A stretch of DNA of 64,000 bases from Candidatus Avigastranaerophilus sp. (GCA_045599645.1 JAZRWI010000004.1:76803-140802); one strand, 5' to 3'; positions 9,360-19,498 are shown, numbered from the stretch's first letter. The notes: generated by a model not told the origin, from the sequence alone. Made by a program: numbers and translations.

Positions 9360-9580
9360 AGGCTGTCTGAATACTCGATTTTATGCATTCAAAACAAGTT
9401 TCTTCTAAAATCAAAACCCTCCCTACCCTCCCTTAAAGAGGCTGTCTGAAAACTCGATTTTATGCATTAAAACAAGTTTCTTCCAAAATCAAAACCCTCC
9501 CTACCCTCCCTTAAAAAGGGAGGTTTTAGGAATCTACTGTACATCGGGGTCTTTATAAATTTCTAGTCTTTAGACAGCCT
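9360..9580. mobile_element. MITE-like nonautonomous element (~221 bp) with ~11-bp terminal inverted repeats (aggctgtctga...tagacagcct) and an internal ~70-bp tandem duplication
   Basis: Near-identical copy at 60342-60563. The ends are reverse complements. Internal C-rich hairpin ccctccctt-aaaa-agggagg. Confidence 0.65.
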
Positions 9581-9732
9581 ACCAAAGAGACAAATATCTC
9601 TAACTGAAACCTTATGCTCTCAACTAAAAGTTATTAGTTAAAAGCAGTAACTAAAAAATATAAAAAAGTACTAAAGTTTCTATTTTTCGTGTCGATAGAT
9701 TTTGTATAGACAGGTACGATTAAGGGAGAAAT

Positions 9733-10380
9733 ATGATTAAAAACAGGCAACAAATTCTTAGGCGTATTGTTCGGGTTGTTACTGGCGCTGTTATGGCCTT
9801 CTTTACAGCCATAATGCTAACAGGTTGCGCTGATGAAGCAAATAATCCTTTTGGAACAGAAAGTCTTAATGGTAGTGCACCCAAAGAAGAAGCTTATTGT
9901 GTTCAAATGGATTGTTGTGGCATTTATAATGGTGTATACCTACCTGAAACAAAAAAAATAAGCCAATTATATCCACTTAGATTTACTGGTAACTGGAAAC
10001 AAATTCAAACAAATAAACAAGATGATTGGTTTATAGCAACAACTGCACAAGTAGGTGCAAGAGTTGATTTATGTGCAACAATGACTCGCTGTTTATTCGA
10101 CTTTTGGGATTACGAAATGTATGATAATCCAGGCACTATTGAACTTCAATTAGATGGTAGATCATTAGGAACTTATAATTTAGCCAGAAAAGATTCTGCT
10201 GGTAACAAAATACTAGAGTATGTAGTAGCAAGCCAGAAAAACACCTGTGCTACGGCTTCTATTATACTCAGGTCTGGTAGAATGACCCTATCTGGTGTTC
10301 AAATAAATATTTTCAATGTTCATTGGCCTTATGGTCAGGACGGTCCTGTCGATGCTGATTATTGGCAAGGAACAAGATAA
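9733..10380 (+). CDS. Hypothetical lipoprotein
   Basis: Signal peptide with lipobox LTGC (MAFFTAIMLTGCADE). RBS AAGGGAG. Confidence 0.65.
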   Translation: MIKNRQQILRRIVRVVTGAVMAFFTAIMLTGCADEANNPFGTESLNGSAPKEEAYCVQMDCCGIYNGVYLPETKKISQLYPLRFTGNWKQIQTNKQDDWFIATTAQVGARVDLCATMTRCLFDFWDYEMYDNPGTIELQLDGRSLGTYNLARKDSAGNKILEYVVASQKNTCATASIILRSGRMTLSGVQINIFNVHWPYGQDGPVDADYWQGTR

Positions 10381-10389
10381 CAAATAAGC

Positions 10390-10424
10390 AAAAAAAATAC
10401 CGACATATGTCGGTATTTTTTTTA
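10390..10424. terminator. Bidirectional rho-independent terminator (taccgacat/atgtcggta)
   Basis: Perfect 9-bp stem flanked by an A-run upstream and a T-run downstream. Lies between convergent genes. Confidence 0.7.
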
Positions 10425-10431
10425 TGATGTT

Positions 10432-10665
10432 TTACTTAACTTTTATGGTGTATCCATCAGAAGTTGTAACAGTCATGCCAGAGCGAACCTTGCGACGTTT
10501 TCTGGTTTCAATAACACCATCTACCATAACAGTATTGTTTTCAACCATCAACTTGGCTTGTCCGCCTGTAGCTGCAATACCAAGATATTTAAGCAAAGAA
10601 ATCAATTCAATAAAATCTTCGCCTTCTCTTATTGTAAATTCATAATCTTTCTGTTCTTCTGCCAT
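10432..10665 (-). CDS. S4-domain RNA-binding protein (YaaA/Hsp15-like small S4 protein)
   Basis: 77 aa. GIAATGGQAKLMVENNTVMVDGVIETRKRRKVRSGMTV fits an S4 fold. Confidence 0.7.
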   Translation of the reverse strand: MAEEQKDYEFTIREGEDFIELISLLKYLGIAATGGQAKLMVENNTVMVDGVIETRKRRKVRSGMTVTTSDGYTIKVK

Positions 10666-10684
10666 TTTTAATTTCCTTTATAGA

Positions 10685-11593
10685 TTACCAGCGACCAACA
10701 TATCTGACTTCTTCTTCGATATCTATACCAAGTTCACTCTTTACTTTTTCTTTTAATAGCTTAGCAAGATTTCTCACGTCAGAAGCAGTAGCATTACCTT
10801 TATTTATTATAAAATTAGCATGCTTTTCGAAAACAGAGGCACCACCGAAGCTCATGCTCTTTGCTCCAACCTTATCTAAAAACATTCCAGCAGCCTGACG
10901 ACGAGTTTCACCAGGAGCAGGAGGTAAATTTTTAAAATAAGAACCAGCACAGCCAATCTCTTTGTCTGGATGCTTAGAATGACGCTGTTCAAGAATTTCA
11001 TCAATTTTTGCCTGAATTTCTTTTTTATCGCCGGCTTCAAGCTGAAAAACGCCAGACAGAATAACAATAGGTTCCTTTTTAGCACGGCTCGTTCTGTAGT
11101 CGAACTGCATGAATTCTTTATCTACAGTCTGAACCTTGCCGTCCATAGTCATAATATCGCAGCTCACAAGCAAATCAGAGATGCTTTTTCCATAAGCACC
11201 AGCATTACCACAAATAGCTCCGCCTATAGTTCCTGGAATACCTGCAAAGGATTCTGCACCTGCCAGGCCTTCCTGCTGAGCTATTTTTACAAGGTAACCG
11301 AAATCGAAGCCAGATGATAAAGTAATCTGTGTTTTATCATGATCAACTTTGCAAATGTCTTCACACTGATTATGTATAACAAGACCTTCCATGCCATTGT
11401 CGGATACAACAAGATTTGAACCACCACCCAGAATAAAGAATGGCATTTTTTGTTCATTAGCATATCTTACGGCGTCACACATTGCATCAACGCAATCTGC
11501 TGAATAAAAAAGGTCTGCATTACCACCTAGTTTAAAGGTAACCAAGTGCTTTATAGGAACATTTTCATGAATAAATTCTGAATTAAATTTCAT
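10685..11593 (-). CDS. murB: UDP-N-acetylenolpyruvoylglucosamine reductase
   Basis: FAD-binding PCMH-type N-terminus (TFKLGGNADLFY...FILGGGSNLV) and MurB C-terminal domain. Confidence 0.88.
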   Translation of the reverse strand: MKFNSEFIHENVPIKHLVTFKLGGNADLFYSADCVDAMCDAVRYANEQKMPFFILGGGSNLVVSDNGMEGLVIHNQCEDICKVDHDKTQITLSSGFDFGYLVKIAQQEGLAGAESFAGIPGTIGGAICGNAGAYGKSISDLLVSCDIMTMDGKVQTVDKEFMQFDYRTSRAKKEPIVILSGVFQLEAGDKKEIQAKIDEILEQRHSKHPDKEIGCAGSYFKNLPPAPGETRRQAAGMFLDKVGAKSMSFGGASVFEKHANFIINKGNATASDVRNLAKLLKEKVKSELGIDIEEEVRYVGRW

Positions 11594-11610
11594 CTCTGAT
11601 TGCCTGTTTA

Positions 11611-12204
11611 TTACTTAGCAGCAGGAGCACCCTGAAGAATAGTAATATTCATCTTATCGCCCATACGAACTTTTTCTGGAACATCATGACCACTTCTAAG
11701 CTGACCAAATACAGTATACTGACCATCAAGATGTGGGATTCTGTCTAAGCAGATATAGAACTGGCTGCCGGCAGAATCCGGATCCATAGCACGAGCCATA
11801 GCTAATGTGCCTTTAAGGTGTGGACGATTATTGAATTCAGCTTTAATATTGTAGCCTGGTCCGCCAGTGCCATCGCCCTTCGGGTCACCGCCCTGAATTA
11901 CAAAGCCAGAAACTACACGATGGAATTTAAGACCATTATAGAAACCTTTATCAATGAGATTCAACATGCTTTCAACATGCTTTGGTGCTGAATCTGGAAA
12001 AAGTTCAAGAATCATATCGCCACGGTCAGTGGAAATCTTGATAACTGGGTTATCAGCTTTTTCAAGCTTAACATCTGCTGGAATTGCGGAATTAGTTGTC
12101 ATAGTAACAGCCCCTATCTGAGAATTTTGAACTGGTGCATTCTGAGCCATGGTAATTGGGCAAAAAGCCAAAGCCATGAGCGCAGCTAGAAAAATTTTAC
12201 GCAT
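11611..12204 (-). CDS. Peptidyl-prolyl cis-trans isomerase, cyclophilin type, secreted
   Basis: FHRVVSGFVIQGGDP...GGPGY cyclophilin core. Signal peptide from MRKIFLAALMALAF. The ATG at 12204 has a GGAGA RBS. The track start at 12240 is probably too long. Confidence 0.85.
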   Translation of the reverse strand: MRKIFLAALMALAFCPITMAQNAPVQNSQIGAVTMTTNSAIPADVKLEKADNPVIKISTDRGDMILELFPDSAPKHVESMLNLIDKGFYNGLKFHRVVSGFVIQGGDPKGDGTGGPGYNIKAEFNNRPHLKGTLAMARAMDPDSAGSQFYICLDRIPHLDGQYTVFGQLRSGHDVPEKVRMGDKMNITILQGAPAAK

Positions 12205-12284
12205 TGTTTGTCTCCATTTTTTAATTCTTTGTATTATCATACTACAACAAATAAAGAATAATTTCCATAGGTAGCCCTATCCTC

Positions 12285-13400
12285 TTGACCAAATTTCTTT
12301 TTTTAAGTAATATCACTCGCATGTATGAAAAATTATTATTTCCAGTAAAAATTGGTTTAAGAACAGTAAAAAATAAGATAGTAGCAGCACCAAATCCAAG
12401 CTTTCTTTGTGATGACGAAGGGAATCTAACCCCCAAGTATTTTAATTATTATAAAGAAATGGCAGATAAAAGTGCTGGTATAATTATTATGGAATCCGCA
12501 GCAATCTCCAAGGAGGGTCGCGGATGGCACAATCAATGTGTTGTTTCCGACAGCCTTAATTTTCTTGGAATCTCTGAACTTGTTGTAAAAATGAGAAATC
12601 AGGATTGTCTACCTATGATACAGCTATATCATGGTGGGATAAATGCTATTTCTGGTCCCAGGAATAAGCTCTACGGTCCTTCCAAAATAAGTCATAAAAA
12701 GATTTCTGGTAGCATTATTGAATTAACAGAAACAGATATAGACACTATAGCTAATCAATATAAAAAAGCTGCTGGTTTAATATGGAACGCTGGTTTTTCC
12801 GGTGTTGAAATAAATGCAGCAGAAGGCAGTTTGCTACACCAGTTCCTTTCCCCAATAACCAATAAAAGAACTGACCAGTTTGCTTTTGGTTATGATAATG
12901 GAATATTGATTCTTCGAAAGGTTATTTCAGCCATAAAGGAAGTTGTTTCTGATATGGTTATCTGTGTAAAGCTTTCCATGCGGGATTTAATTCCAGGTGG
13001 CGCTGGTCTCAAAAATTGTATTGAGGTTGCCAGGGAACTAAAAGCACTTGGTGTAAATTTATTCCACGTAACAGAAGGTTTGAAAATAGGCGATACTGCC
13101 TGTTTACATCCTTATTTAAGAAACAATCAGAATCCTTCACCATTCGCAGATGATGCTATAGTTTTCAGAGCTGAAACCAAGAGCCAGGTAATCCTCTCAA
13201 CAGGCATGAGAACTCCTGAAATAGCAGAAAAGACTTTAACAAGGGAATGCTGCGATTTTATTTCCCTTAGCAGAAGCTTAAACTGTGAGCCAGAATGGAT
13301 TGACATGGCAATTACCAATCAACCTATTGAATTCTACAAAAAATGCAAATGCTGTATGCTTTGCCAGGCAGCAAATAAAGGCTGTATTCTTCGTAGATAG
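12285..13400 (+). CDS. NADH:flavin oxidoreductase, Old Yellow Enzyme family
   Basis: N-terminal PVKIGLRTVKNKIVAAPNP and TIM-barrel OYE-like sequence. Cys-rich C-terminus. Start may be the ATG at 12321. Confidence 0.7.
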   Translation: MTKFLFLSNITRMYEKLLFPVKIGLRTVKNKIVAAPNPSFLCDDEGNLTPKYFNYYKEMADKSAGIIIMESAAISKEGRGWHNQCVVSDSLNFLGISELVVKMRNQDCLPMIQLYHGGINAISGPRNKLYGPSKISHKKISGSIIELTETDIDTIANQYKKAAGLIWNAGFSGVEINAAEGSLLHQFLSPITNKRTDQFAFGYDNGILILRKVISAIKEVVSDMVICVKLSMRDLIPGGAGLKNCIEVARELKALGVNLFHVTEGLKIGDTACLHPYLRNNQNPSPFADDAIVFRAETKSQVILSTGMRTPEIAEKTLTRECCDFISLSRSLNCEPEWIDMAITNQPIEFYKKCKCCMLCQAANKGCILRR

Positions 13401-13409
13401 GAGAAATAT

Positions 13410-14396
13410 ATGAAAAAATTAGTATTTTTATTAGCTTTTCTTTTAACAGCAACCACTTTAAGTGCTCAAGGTCTTCTTGGAACTCTTCTGGGTGGCGATA
13501 GCGAACCCAAAGGACCAAGAGTAAAATTTGTAAGTGGGGACCCGGAAGCCAAGGAAGAAATTCTTATGATTAAACTTCATGGCGTTATTATGGAAAAAGA
13601 CGAGGAAGACACTTCAGTCATGTCGCTTCGTCAGAAAAAAAGTATTGTAGACGCAATTAAAGACAATTTAAAACTGGCTGCTAACCGTGAAGCAGTTAAA
13701 GCAGTTTACTTAGAAATCAATTCACCTGGTGGTGAAGTTACAGCAAGTGATGTAATTTATCATTACCTCAAAGTATTTTCTGAAGAAACAAAGAAGCCTG
13801 TTTTTGCCCATATAACCAACACAGGTGCTTCAGGTGCTTATTATGCCGCTTGTGGTTGTACTAAGATTTATGCAATGCCAACCTCAATGATAGGCAGTAT
13901 TGGTGTTCTTCTTCAATCCATGAACATTGAAGAACTCGCTAATAAAATTGGTATTAAACCTGTGACCATTAAGTCAGATAAAACTCCTATGAAAGATGTT
14001 CTTTCACCATTCAGACAAACAACAGAAGAAGAAAAGGCTATGCTTCTTGAACTCGTTGAAGATAGCTATCAGCGTTTTGTTGAAATTGTTTCTGAAAACC
14101 GAAAGCTTAAGAAAGAAGACGTTATAAAGCTTGCTAATGGTTCAATCTATACAGCTAACAAATCTCTCAAGCTTGGGCTCATTGATGGTATTGGTTATAG
14201 AGAAGATGTTGTTGCAGAAGCATGCAAGATGCTTGATTTGAAATCATTGGCTGTTGTAAAGATAAAGGAAGAAAAGAATACATGGTCTGAACTTCTTGGT
14301 GCATTGTCAGAAAGATCATCTGATATTCGCCCAGTAGTAGATACCTTCTTGGAACAACTCACAATTGGCAACACACCAATTATGATGTTTAAATAA
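13410..14396 (+). CDS. sppA: Signal peptide peptidase SppA (36K type)
   Basis: LEINSPGGEVTASD and ClpP/crotonase-like fold. Signal peptide. RBS TAGGAGA. Confidence 0.85.
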   Translation: MKKLVFLLAFLLTATTLSAQGLLGTLLGGDSEPKGPRVKFVSGDPEAKEEILMIKLHGVIMEKDEEDTSVMSLRQKKSIVDAIKDNLKLAANREAVKAVYLEINSPGGEVTASDVIYHYLKVFSEETKKPVFAHITNTGASGAYYAACGCTKIYAMPTSMIGSIGVLLQSMNIEELANKIGIKPVTIKSDKTPMKDVLSPFRQTTEEEKAMLLELVEDSYQRFVEIVSENRKLKKEDVIKLANGSIYTANKSLKLGLIDGIGYREDVVAEACKMLDLKSLAVVKIKEEKNTWSELLGALSERSSDIRPVVDTFLEQLTIGNTPIMMFK

Positions 14397-14400
14397 AAAT

Positions 14401-15435
14401 ATGAAAATTTGTATTACCGGTGGTGCCGGCTTCTTAGGAATAAATTTGACACGCTACCTCTTGTCCAAAGGGCATCAGGTGGTTTCAATAGATTTTGCAG
14501 AATATACTTATCCAGAAAAGTCAGTTGTCAATGCAATTCTTGGCGACATTCGACATCCTGATGAAGTCCGAGAAGCAGTAAGAGGCTGCGATGTTGTTGT
14601 TCATGCCGCCGCCGCCCTCCCCTTATACACCCCCGAAGACATATTTTCAACCGACATTGAAGGTAGTCGGATTGTTTTGGAAGAATCATACAAAGCTGGT
14701 ATCAGAAGAGTAATACAAATTTCTTCTACTGCTGTGTATGGCATTCCAAAGCATCATCCTATTTACGAAGACGATGAACTAATTGGCGTAGGCCCCTATG
14801 GCAAAGCAAAAATCGAAGCAGAAAAGGTCTGTGCTGATTTCAGGAATAAGGGAATGTGCGTTCCTATTATCAGGCCAAAATCCTTTGTAGGCCCGGAACG
14901 TTTAGGTGTATTTGCCATGTTTTATGACTGGGCAAGCACCGGGCATGGATTCCCTGTTTTGGGGAATGGTCGAAATCTTTATCAGTATCTAGATGTAGAA
15001 GACCTTTGTGATGCCATTTACACATGCATAACTGGTGAAGCCAAAGTTGTTAACGATACCTTCAATATAGGCGCAAAAGAATTCGGTACCTTTGGCGGAG
15101 ACTTTCAAGCAGTATTAAACAGAGCTGGCTTTGGAAAGCATGTAAAATGTTTCCCGGCAACTCCTGCTGTCTTGGCATTAAGACTGCTTGAAAAGCTTCA
15201 TTTATCGCCTTTATATGAATGGGTTTATGAAACGGCCTACAGAGACAGCTTTGTTTCAATCGAGAAAGCAGAGAAAGCACTCAACTTCAAGCCTAAATAT
15301 TCCAATAAACAAGCATTATTGAGAAATTACGAATGGTATCTGGCCAACAGGAGCAAATTCCAGAACCAGACTGGAGTTTCCCATCGCGTTCCTTGGAAAC
15401 AAGGCGCCTTGGAGTTATTAAAAAAGTTGTTCTAA
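14401..15435 (+). CDS. NAD-dependent epimerase/dehydratase family protein (extended SDR)
   Basis: ITGGAGFLGINL Rossmann motif and catalytic YxxxK region. Confidence 0.75.
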   Translation: MKICITGGAGFLGINLTRYLLSKGHQVVSIDFAEYTYPEKSVVNAILGDIRHPDEVREAVRGCDVVVHAAAALPLYTPEDIFSTDIEGSRIVLEESYKAGIRRVIQISSTAVYGIPKHHPIYEDDELIGVGPYGKAKIEAEKVCADFRNKGMCVPIIRPKSFVGPERLGVFAMFYDWASTGHGFPVLGNGRNLYQYLDVEDLCDAIYTCITGEAKVVNDTFNIGAKEFGTFGGDFQAVLNRAGFGKHVKCFPATPAVLALRLLEKLHLSPLYEWVYETAYRDSFVSIEKAEKALNFKPKYSNKQALLRNYEWYLANRSKFQNQTGVSHRVPWKQGALELLKKLF

Positions 15436-15448
15436 CATAATTCCAGCT

Positions 15449-16720
15449 TTAACAAAGAGAAGCTAGCCATTTCCAGGCAGGCACTACATTTATAGTAAGC
15501 CCAGAGAAGGTTAGTTTTTTTTCTTCAGAATTCGTTATTATCAATAGCTTTGCATTGTCAAGATGCTTATTTAATTTTATGAAAGCCTTAGTTTCACGTT
15601 CAAAAGTTTCCAGGTCGTCCAATATATTGTAACTTACCTGTATAGCCAGGTTTTCATCGGGAACGAAAAAATCAACCTCCACATTACGTTCATAGAAAAA
15701 CACGTTGCCCATGCCGTATCTTCTTATAAGCTCTATTGCAACAAGATTTTCCAGAAGTGCTGATTCATTCTTTGGACAAAATAAGCTAAGTAAACCGTTA
15801 TCCATAAAATAATATTTTGGCGAAGTTTCTTTTTGAACGAGCTTAGCAGCATAATTATAAACTGGAAACATTATATAGGCTTCAAGTATTAAATCTATGT
15901 ATTTTATTATTGTTGCTTTTCCCATTGAAAGCCCGGCCCCTTTCAGAATATTAGCCATTCTAGAAAAAGAAACCGGTGTTCTAACTGTTTCAGCTATTTT
16001 TTTTATTATAAGTTTTATTGCAAAATCATTAGTTATATTGTTTCTTGCCAACACATCACCCAGATATATCGTCTGATATATGCTGCTCAAATAGTCGCGT
16101 TTTGATACAACATTTAACAGTTCTGGGAAAGCACCATTATGAACATAGCAATCATATTCAGGTGATATTTCAGCTCTATTTCTTGTAGTAAATGTTCCTT
16201 CAAGCAAATCGTTTTTACATAAAGCAGTTAAATAAGTCGGGAAATTGTAAGGATAAACATTTTTTATTATATATCTGCCACCAAGTGTAGAAGCAACTTC
16301 ACGACTTATCATCTTACTATTACTGCCTGTTATTGACACACAATATTTTGTATCTGCCAATCTTCTTACAAATTTATCCCAACCTCTTATATTCTGTATT
16401 TCATCAAAGAACAGGTAAGGTTTGCCTTCCTTTCCAGTTAATTCTATAGCTATTTCGAGAATTGTATTTAAGTCAGCAGTTTCACATTCTAATAATCTTT
16501 CATCTTCAAAATTAACGTAGAATATTCTTTTTTGTGGTATACCAGCCTTCAGGTATTCATGTATAAGCTGATACACAAGAAAAGATTTGCCACTTCTCCT
16601 TATGCCAACAAAGCAGTAATTAACATTCAGCTCAAGATTGTATTCTCTTACAACAAAAGGTTGAAAAAGATAAGCTTCTTTCTGGTCAAATATAGCTTCT
16701 TTTAATATCTCTCTGTTCAT
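15449..16720 (-). CDS. AAA+ ATPase of the DUF4143/COG1373 family
   Basis: Walker A VGIRRSGKS and Walker B LFFDEIQ. C-terminal DUF4143-like region. Confidence 0.7.
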   Translation of the reverse strand: MNREILKEAIFDQKEAYLFQPFVVREYNLELNVNYCFVGIRRSGKSFLVYQLIHEYLKAGIPQKRIFYVNFEDERLLECETADLNTILEIAIELTGKEGKPYLFFDEIQNIRGWDKFVRRLADTKYCVSITGSNSKMISREVASTLGGRYIIKNVYPYNFPTYLTALCKNDLLEGTFTTRNRAEISPEYDCYVHNGAFPELLNVVSKRDYLSSIYQTIYLGDVLARNNITNDFAIKLIIKKIAETVRTPVSFSRMANILKGAGLSMGKATIIKYIDLILEAYIMFPVYNYAAKLVQKETSPKYYFMDNGLLSLFCPKNESALLENLVAIELIRRYGMGNVFFYERNVEVDFFVPDENLAIQVSYNILDDLETFERETKAFIKLNKHLDNAKLLIITNSEEKKLTFSGLTINVVPAWKWLASLC

Positions 16721-16842
16721 AATTACTCCTTATGCATATATCAATTGTCAAATGAAATCTACTAGCAAATAATACAATGCTTGATTTCAATATTCAGAAC
16801 TCAATTAGATATTGTTCTGATTCTAGAACAATACTCAATCAA

Positions 16843-17240
16843 TATTGTTCTATCCACAAAACAATATCAGTTATTTTTGTTCTATCAACAAAACAATATA
16901 ACATGTTTTTGTTTCATTCACAAAACAATATTACTTGATTTTCGTTCTGCTTTCAGAACATTACTGTTTATTTTTTGTTCTAACGACGAAACATTTCTAT
17001 TTGTTTTTGTTCTATCTACGAAACAATATTTCTTGTTTTTTGTTCCGTTTTTTGTTCCGTTTTCAGAACTATACTGTTTTATTTTTGTTCTATCAACAAA
17101 ACAATACTGTTTATTTTTGTTCTATCAGCAAAACGACAATACTTAATTTCGTTCTATCAATAAAACAGTTTTGCTCTTTTTTTGTTCTATAAAAGAAACA
17201 ATATTTTTTATTATTGTTCTACAAGCAAAACAACTTATGC
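16843..17240. repeat. Array of ~12 direct repeats (period ~36 bp) of imperfect palindrome TTTTTGTTCTATCAACAAAACAATA, with DnaA-box-like cores (cTATCCACA, TATCaACA)
   Basis: Repeats begin near 16843, 16876, 16905, 16942, 16972, 17003, 17040, 17081, 17114, 17148, 17180, 17212. Lies in the divergent region between the ATPase gene and hldD. Track ORFs 16781-17146 and 16935-17192 are repeat artefacts. Confidence 0.85.
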
Positions 17241-17337
17241 ATTTTACGTTTCACACACAAAAAAAACTTTTACCAGTATAGTAAAATTAATGATTTTGAT
17301 GTAATATGTTTGCAAATACAACAAAGGACGTGTTTTC

Positions 17338-18315
17338 ATGAAAGTTATCGTTACTGGTGGTGCAGGTTTCATAGGTTCAGCCATGGTATGGCAGTTAAAT
17401 CAGCGTGGTATCACAGATATCCTGATAGTTGATCATCTTGGCAACAGCCCAGAAAAATGGAAAAACCTTCGCAAGCTTCAGTATACAGACTATATGGAAC
17501 GCGAAGAATTCATCGCACAGATAGAAGACGGCGCTTTTGATGAATGCGGTTTCGATGTGATCATTCATTTGGGTGCTTGTTCCAGCACAACTCAGACTGA
17601 TTGTACTTATCTTGTTCACAATAACTATGAATTCAGTAAAGCCTTGGCCATATATGCCGACGAAAATAACGTGAGATTCATCTATGCTAGCAGTGCTGCT
17701 ACTTATGGTGACGGCGAACTTGGCTTCAAGGATGATGAAGCAGAAAGTGGAAAGCTTATTCCACTTAACATGTATGGCTATTCAAAGCAGATGTTCGATA
17801 ACTGGATGAAAGAAACAGGTTTACTCGAAAAAGCAGTAGCCTGCAAATTCTTCAATGTATTTGGTCCAAATGAATACCACAAGGAATCAATGAGAAGCTT
17901 TATTCTGAAATCTTATGAACAGATAAAAGCTGAAGGCAAGGTAAAGCTTTTCAAGTCATATAATCCAAATTATAAAGACGGCGAAATGCTAAGAGACTTT
18001 GTATATGTCAAAGACATTGTTTCAATGATTATGCATTTTGTTGACCACAGCGACCTTCATGGCATCTATAATATGGGAACAGGCAAAGCCCGCAATTGGA
18101 ATGACCTTGTTGCAGCAACCTTCAGAGCAATGGGTCTTGAACCCAACATTGAATACATCGAAATGCCAATGAGCATCCGCAACCAGTATCAGTATTTCAC
18201 TGAAGCCGACATCAGCAAACTCCGCTCCACCGGTTACGACAAGCCCACCTTTACTCTCGAAGAAGCTATCACCGACTACATCCAGAATTACCTGATGAAG
18301 AACGAAAGACTGTAA
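17338..18315 (+). CDS. hldD: ADP-L-glycero-D-manno-heptose-6-epimerase
   Basis: MKVIVTGGAGFIGSAMVWQLNQRGITDILIVDHL closely matches the HldD/RfaD N-terminus. Length 325 aa. Confidence 0.85.
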   Translation: MKVIVTGGAGFIGSAMVWQLNQRGITDILIVDHLGNSPEKWKNLRKLQYTDYMEREEFIAQIEDGAFDECGFDVIIHLGACSSTTQTDCTYLVHNNYEFSKALAIYADENNVRFIYASSAATYGDGELGFKDDEAESGKLIPLNMYGYSKQMFDNWMKETGLLEKAVACKFFNVFGPNEYHKESMRSFILKSYEQIKAEGKVKLFKSYNPNYKDGEMLRDFVYVKDIVSMIMHFVDHSDLHGIYNMGTGKARNWNDLVAATFRAMGLEPNIEYIEMPMSIRNQYQYFTEADISKLRSTGYDKPTFTLEEAITDYIQNYLMKNERL

Positions 18316-18426
18316 GACAAAGCTTGAAAACCAAGTAACTCAGATTTCATCAAGGATTGTTTTTCGTAAGTATATTCTTGCTATTTGCCAGAAAAAAAAT
18401 TAGAATTTAAATAGAAAGGCAATATT

Positions 18427-19368
18427 ATGGGCAAGAAAGATTCTTCAACAAAAAAGTTAATGCAGAACAATGAAATTTTTGCAGATGCATTTAATTTCCT
18501 TGTATATGACGGTAAAAAAGTTATTAAACCAAATGATTTACAACCATTAGATACAACCAGTCTTGTCATACCATTTGAAGGTAAAGATTCAAAGGCGGTT
18601 CAGAAATATAGAGATGTTCTAAAGAAACTGGTCATAAAAAAAACACCTGAAGTGGCTTATGTTGTTTTAGGAATAGAAAATCAAAGTGATATACATTTAG
18701 CAATGCCTGTAAGGAATATGCTTTATGACGCCATACAATATGCTAATCAGGTTGAAGAACTGGCAAAACAGAATAAGCATAAAAGCGAGGTAGAATTTCT
18801 ATCTGGACTTAAATGTGAAAATAAACTAATGCCTGTTATAACTTTAACGGTTTATTTTGGTGCAAAACCGTGGTCTGGTCCAAAATCATTAAAAGAAATG
18901 CTTAACATGCCAGATAAATCCTTGGCCAAATTTATACAAGATTATAAAATTTATCTGGTTAGCCCACAATTACCGGACAAAAAGCTTGATAAATTGTCTT
19001 CAAATCTACGTGAAGTCATGAAGGTCATAAAATATTCACAAAAGAAGTCAGACCTCAATAGACTTTTTACCACCAACAGAAGATATAAATCCATAGATAC
19101 CGATGCCGCCATGGTTATCAAAGATATGACGAACCTGGAAATTAAAGTTGATAATAAAAAGGAGAAAACCAATATGTGCAAAGCCTGGGAAGATTTAAAA
19201 GTTGAATTGTTAGCCAAAGGTAAAAAAGAGGGTAAGAAAGAGGGCGAAAAGAAAGAACAAGTTAAGTACATAAAGGAAAATCTAAAAAAAGCAAAAGCAC
19301 TTGTCAAAGCCGGCACAGCAAAGGAAATTGTTGCAAAAATCATGGGCGTTAATATAGCGTTGCTGTAA
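18427..19368 (+). CDS. Rpn/YhgA-like PD-(D/E)XK recombination-promoting nuclease family protein (Transposase_31-like)
   Basis: N-terminal IFADAFNFL...RDVLKKL...AYVVLGIENQSDIHLAMPVRNMLY...LMPVITLTVYFG parallels the Rpn EHQS core. Basic K/E-rich C-terminal domain. Confidence 0.65.
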   Translation: MGKKDSSTKKLMQNNEIFADAFNFLVYDGKKVIKPNDLQPLDTTSLVIPFEGKDSKAVQKYRDVLKKLVIKKTPEVAYVVLGIENQSDIHLAMPVRNMLYDAIQYANQVEELAKQNKHKSEVEFLSGLKCENKLMPVITLTVYFGAKPWSGPKSLKEMLNMPDKSLAKFIQDYKIYLVSPQLPDKKLDKLSSNLREVMKVIKYSQKKSDLNRLFTTNRRYKSIDTDAAMVIKDMTNLEIKVDNKKEKTNMCKAWEDLKVELLAKGKKEGKKEGEKKEQVKYIKENLKKAKALVKAGTAKEIVAKIMGVNIALL

Positions 19369-19498
19369 ACTTTCACCTAATATATAGAACCACCAAGTGT
19401 CAGAAATTGAAATGATCTCGTATCTGCTACCTTCAATAGTTATCAAGGATATGACCAACCTGGATGTTTAAATTGATACCAAGAAGGAGAAAACCAAT

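Noticed and set aside
9220-9414. 64-aa minus-strand ORF
   Set aside because: Spans the R1 repeat and the MITE end. Repeat-derived. Overlaps a promoter region.
16781-17192. Track ORFs 16781-17146 and 16935-17192
   Set aside because: Translations of the AT-rich repeat array (F/L/I-rich, repetitive). No RBS.
16843-17240. Possible CRISPR array
   Set aside because: Period is only ~36 bp, with ~25-bp degenerate palindromic repeats and 10-15-bp variable parts. No cas genes nearby. Repeats differ too much from one another.
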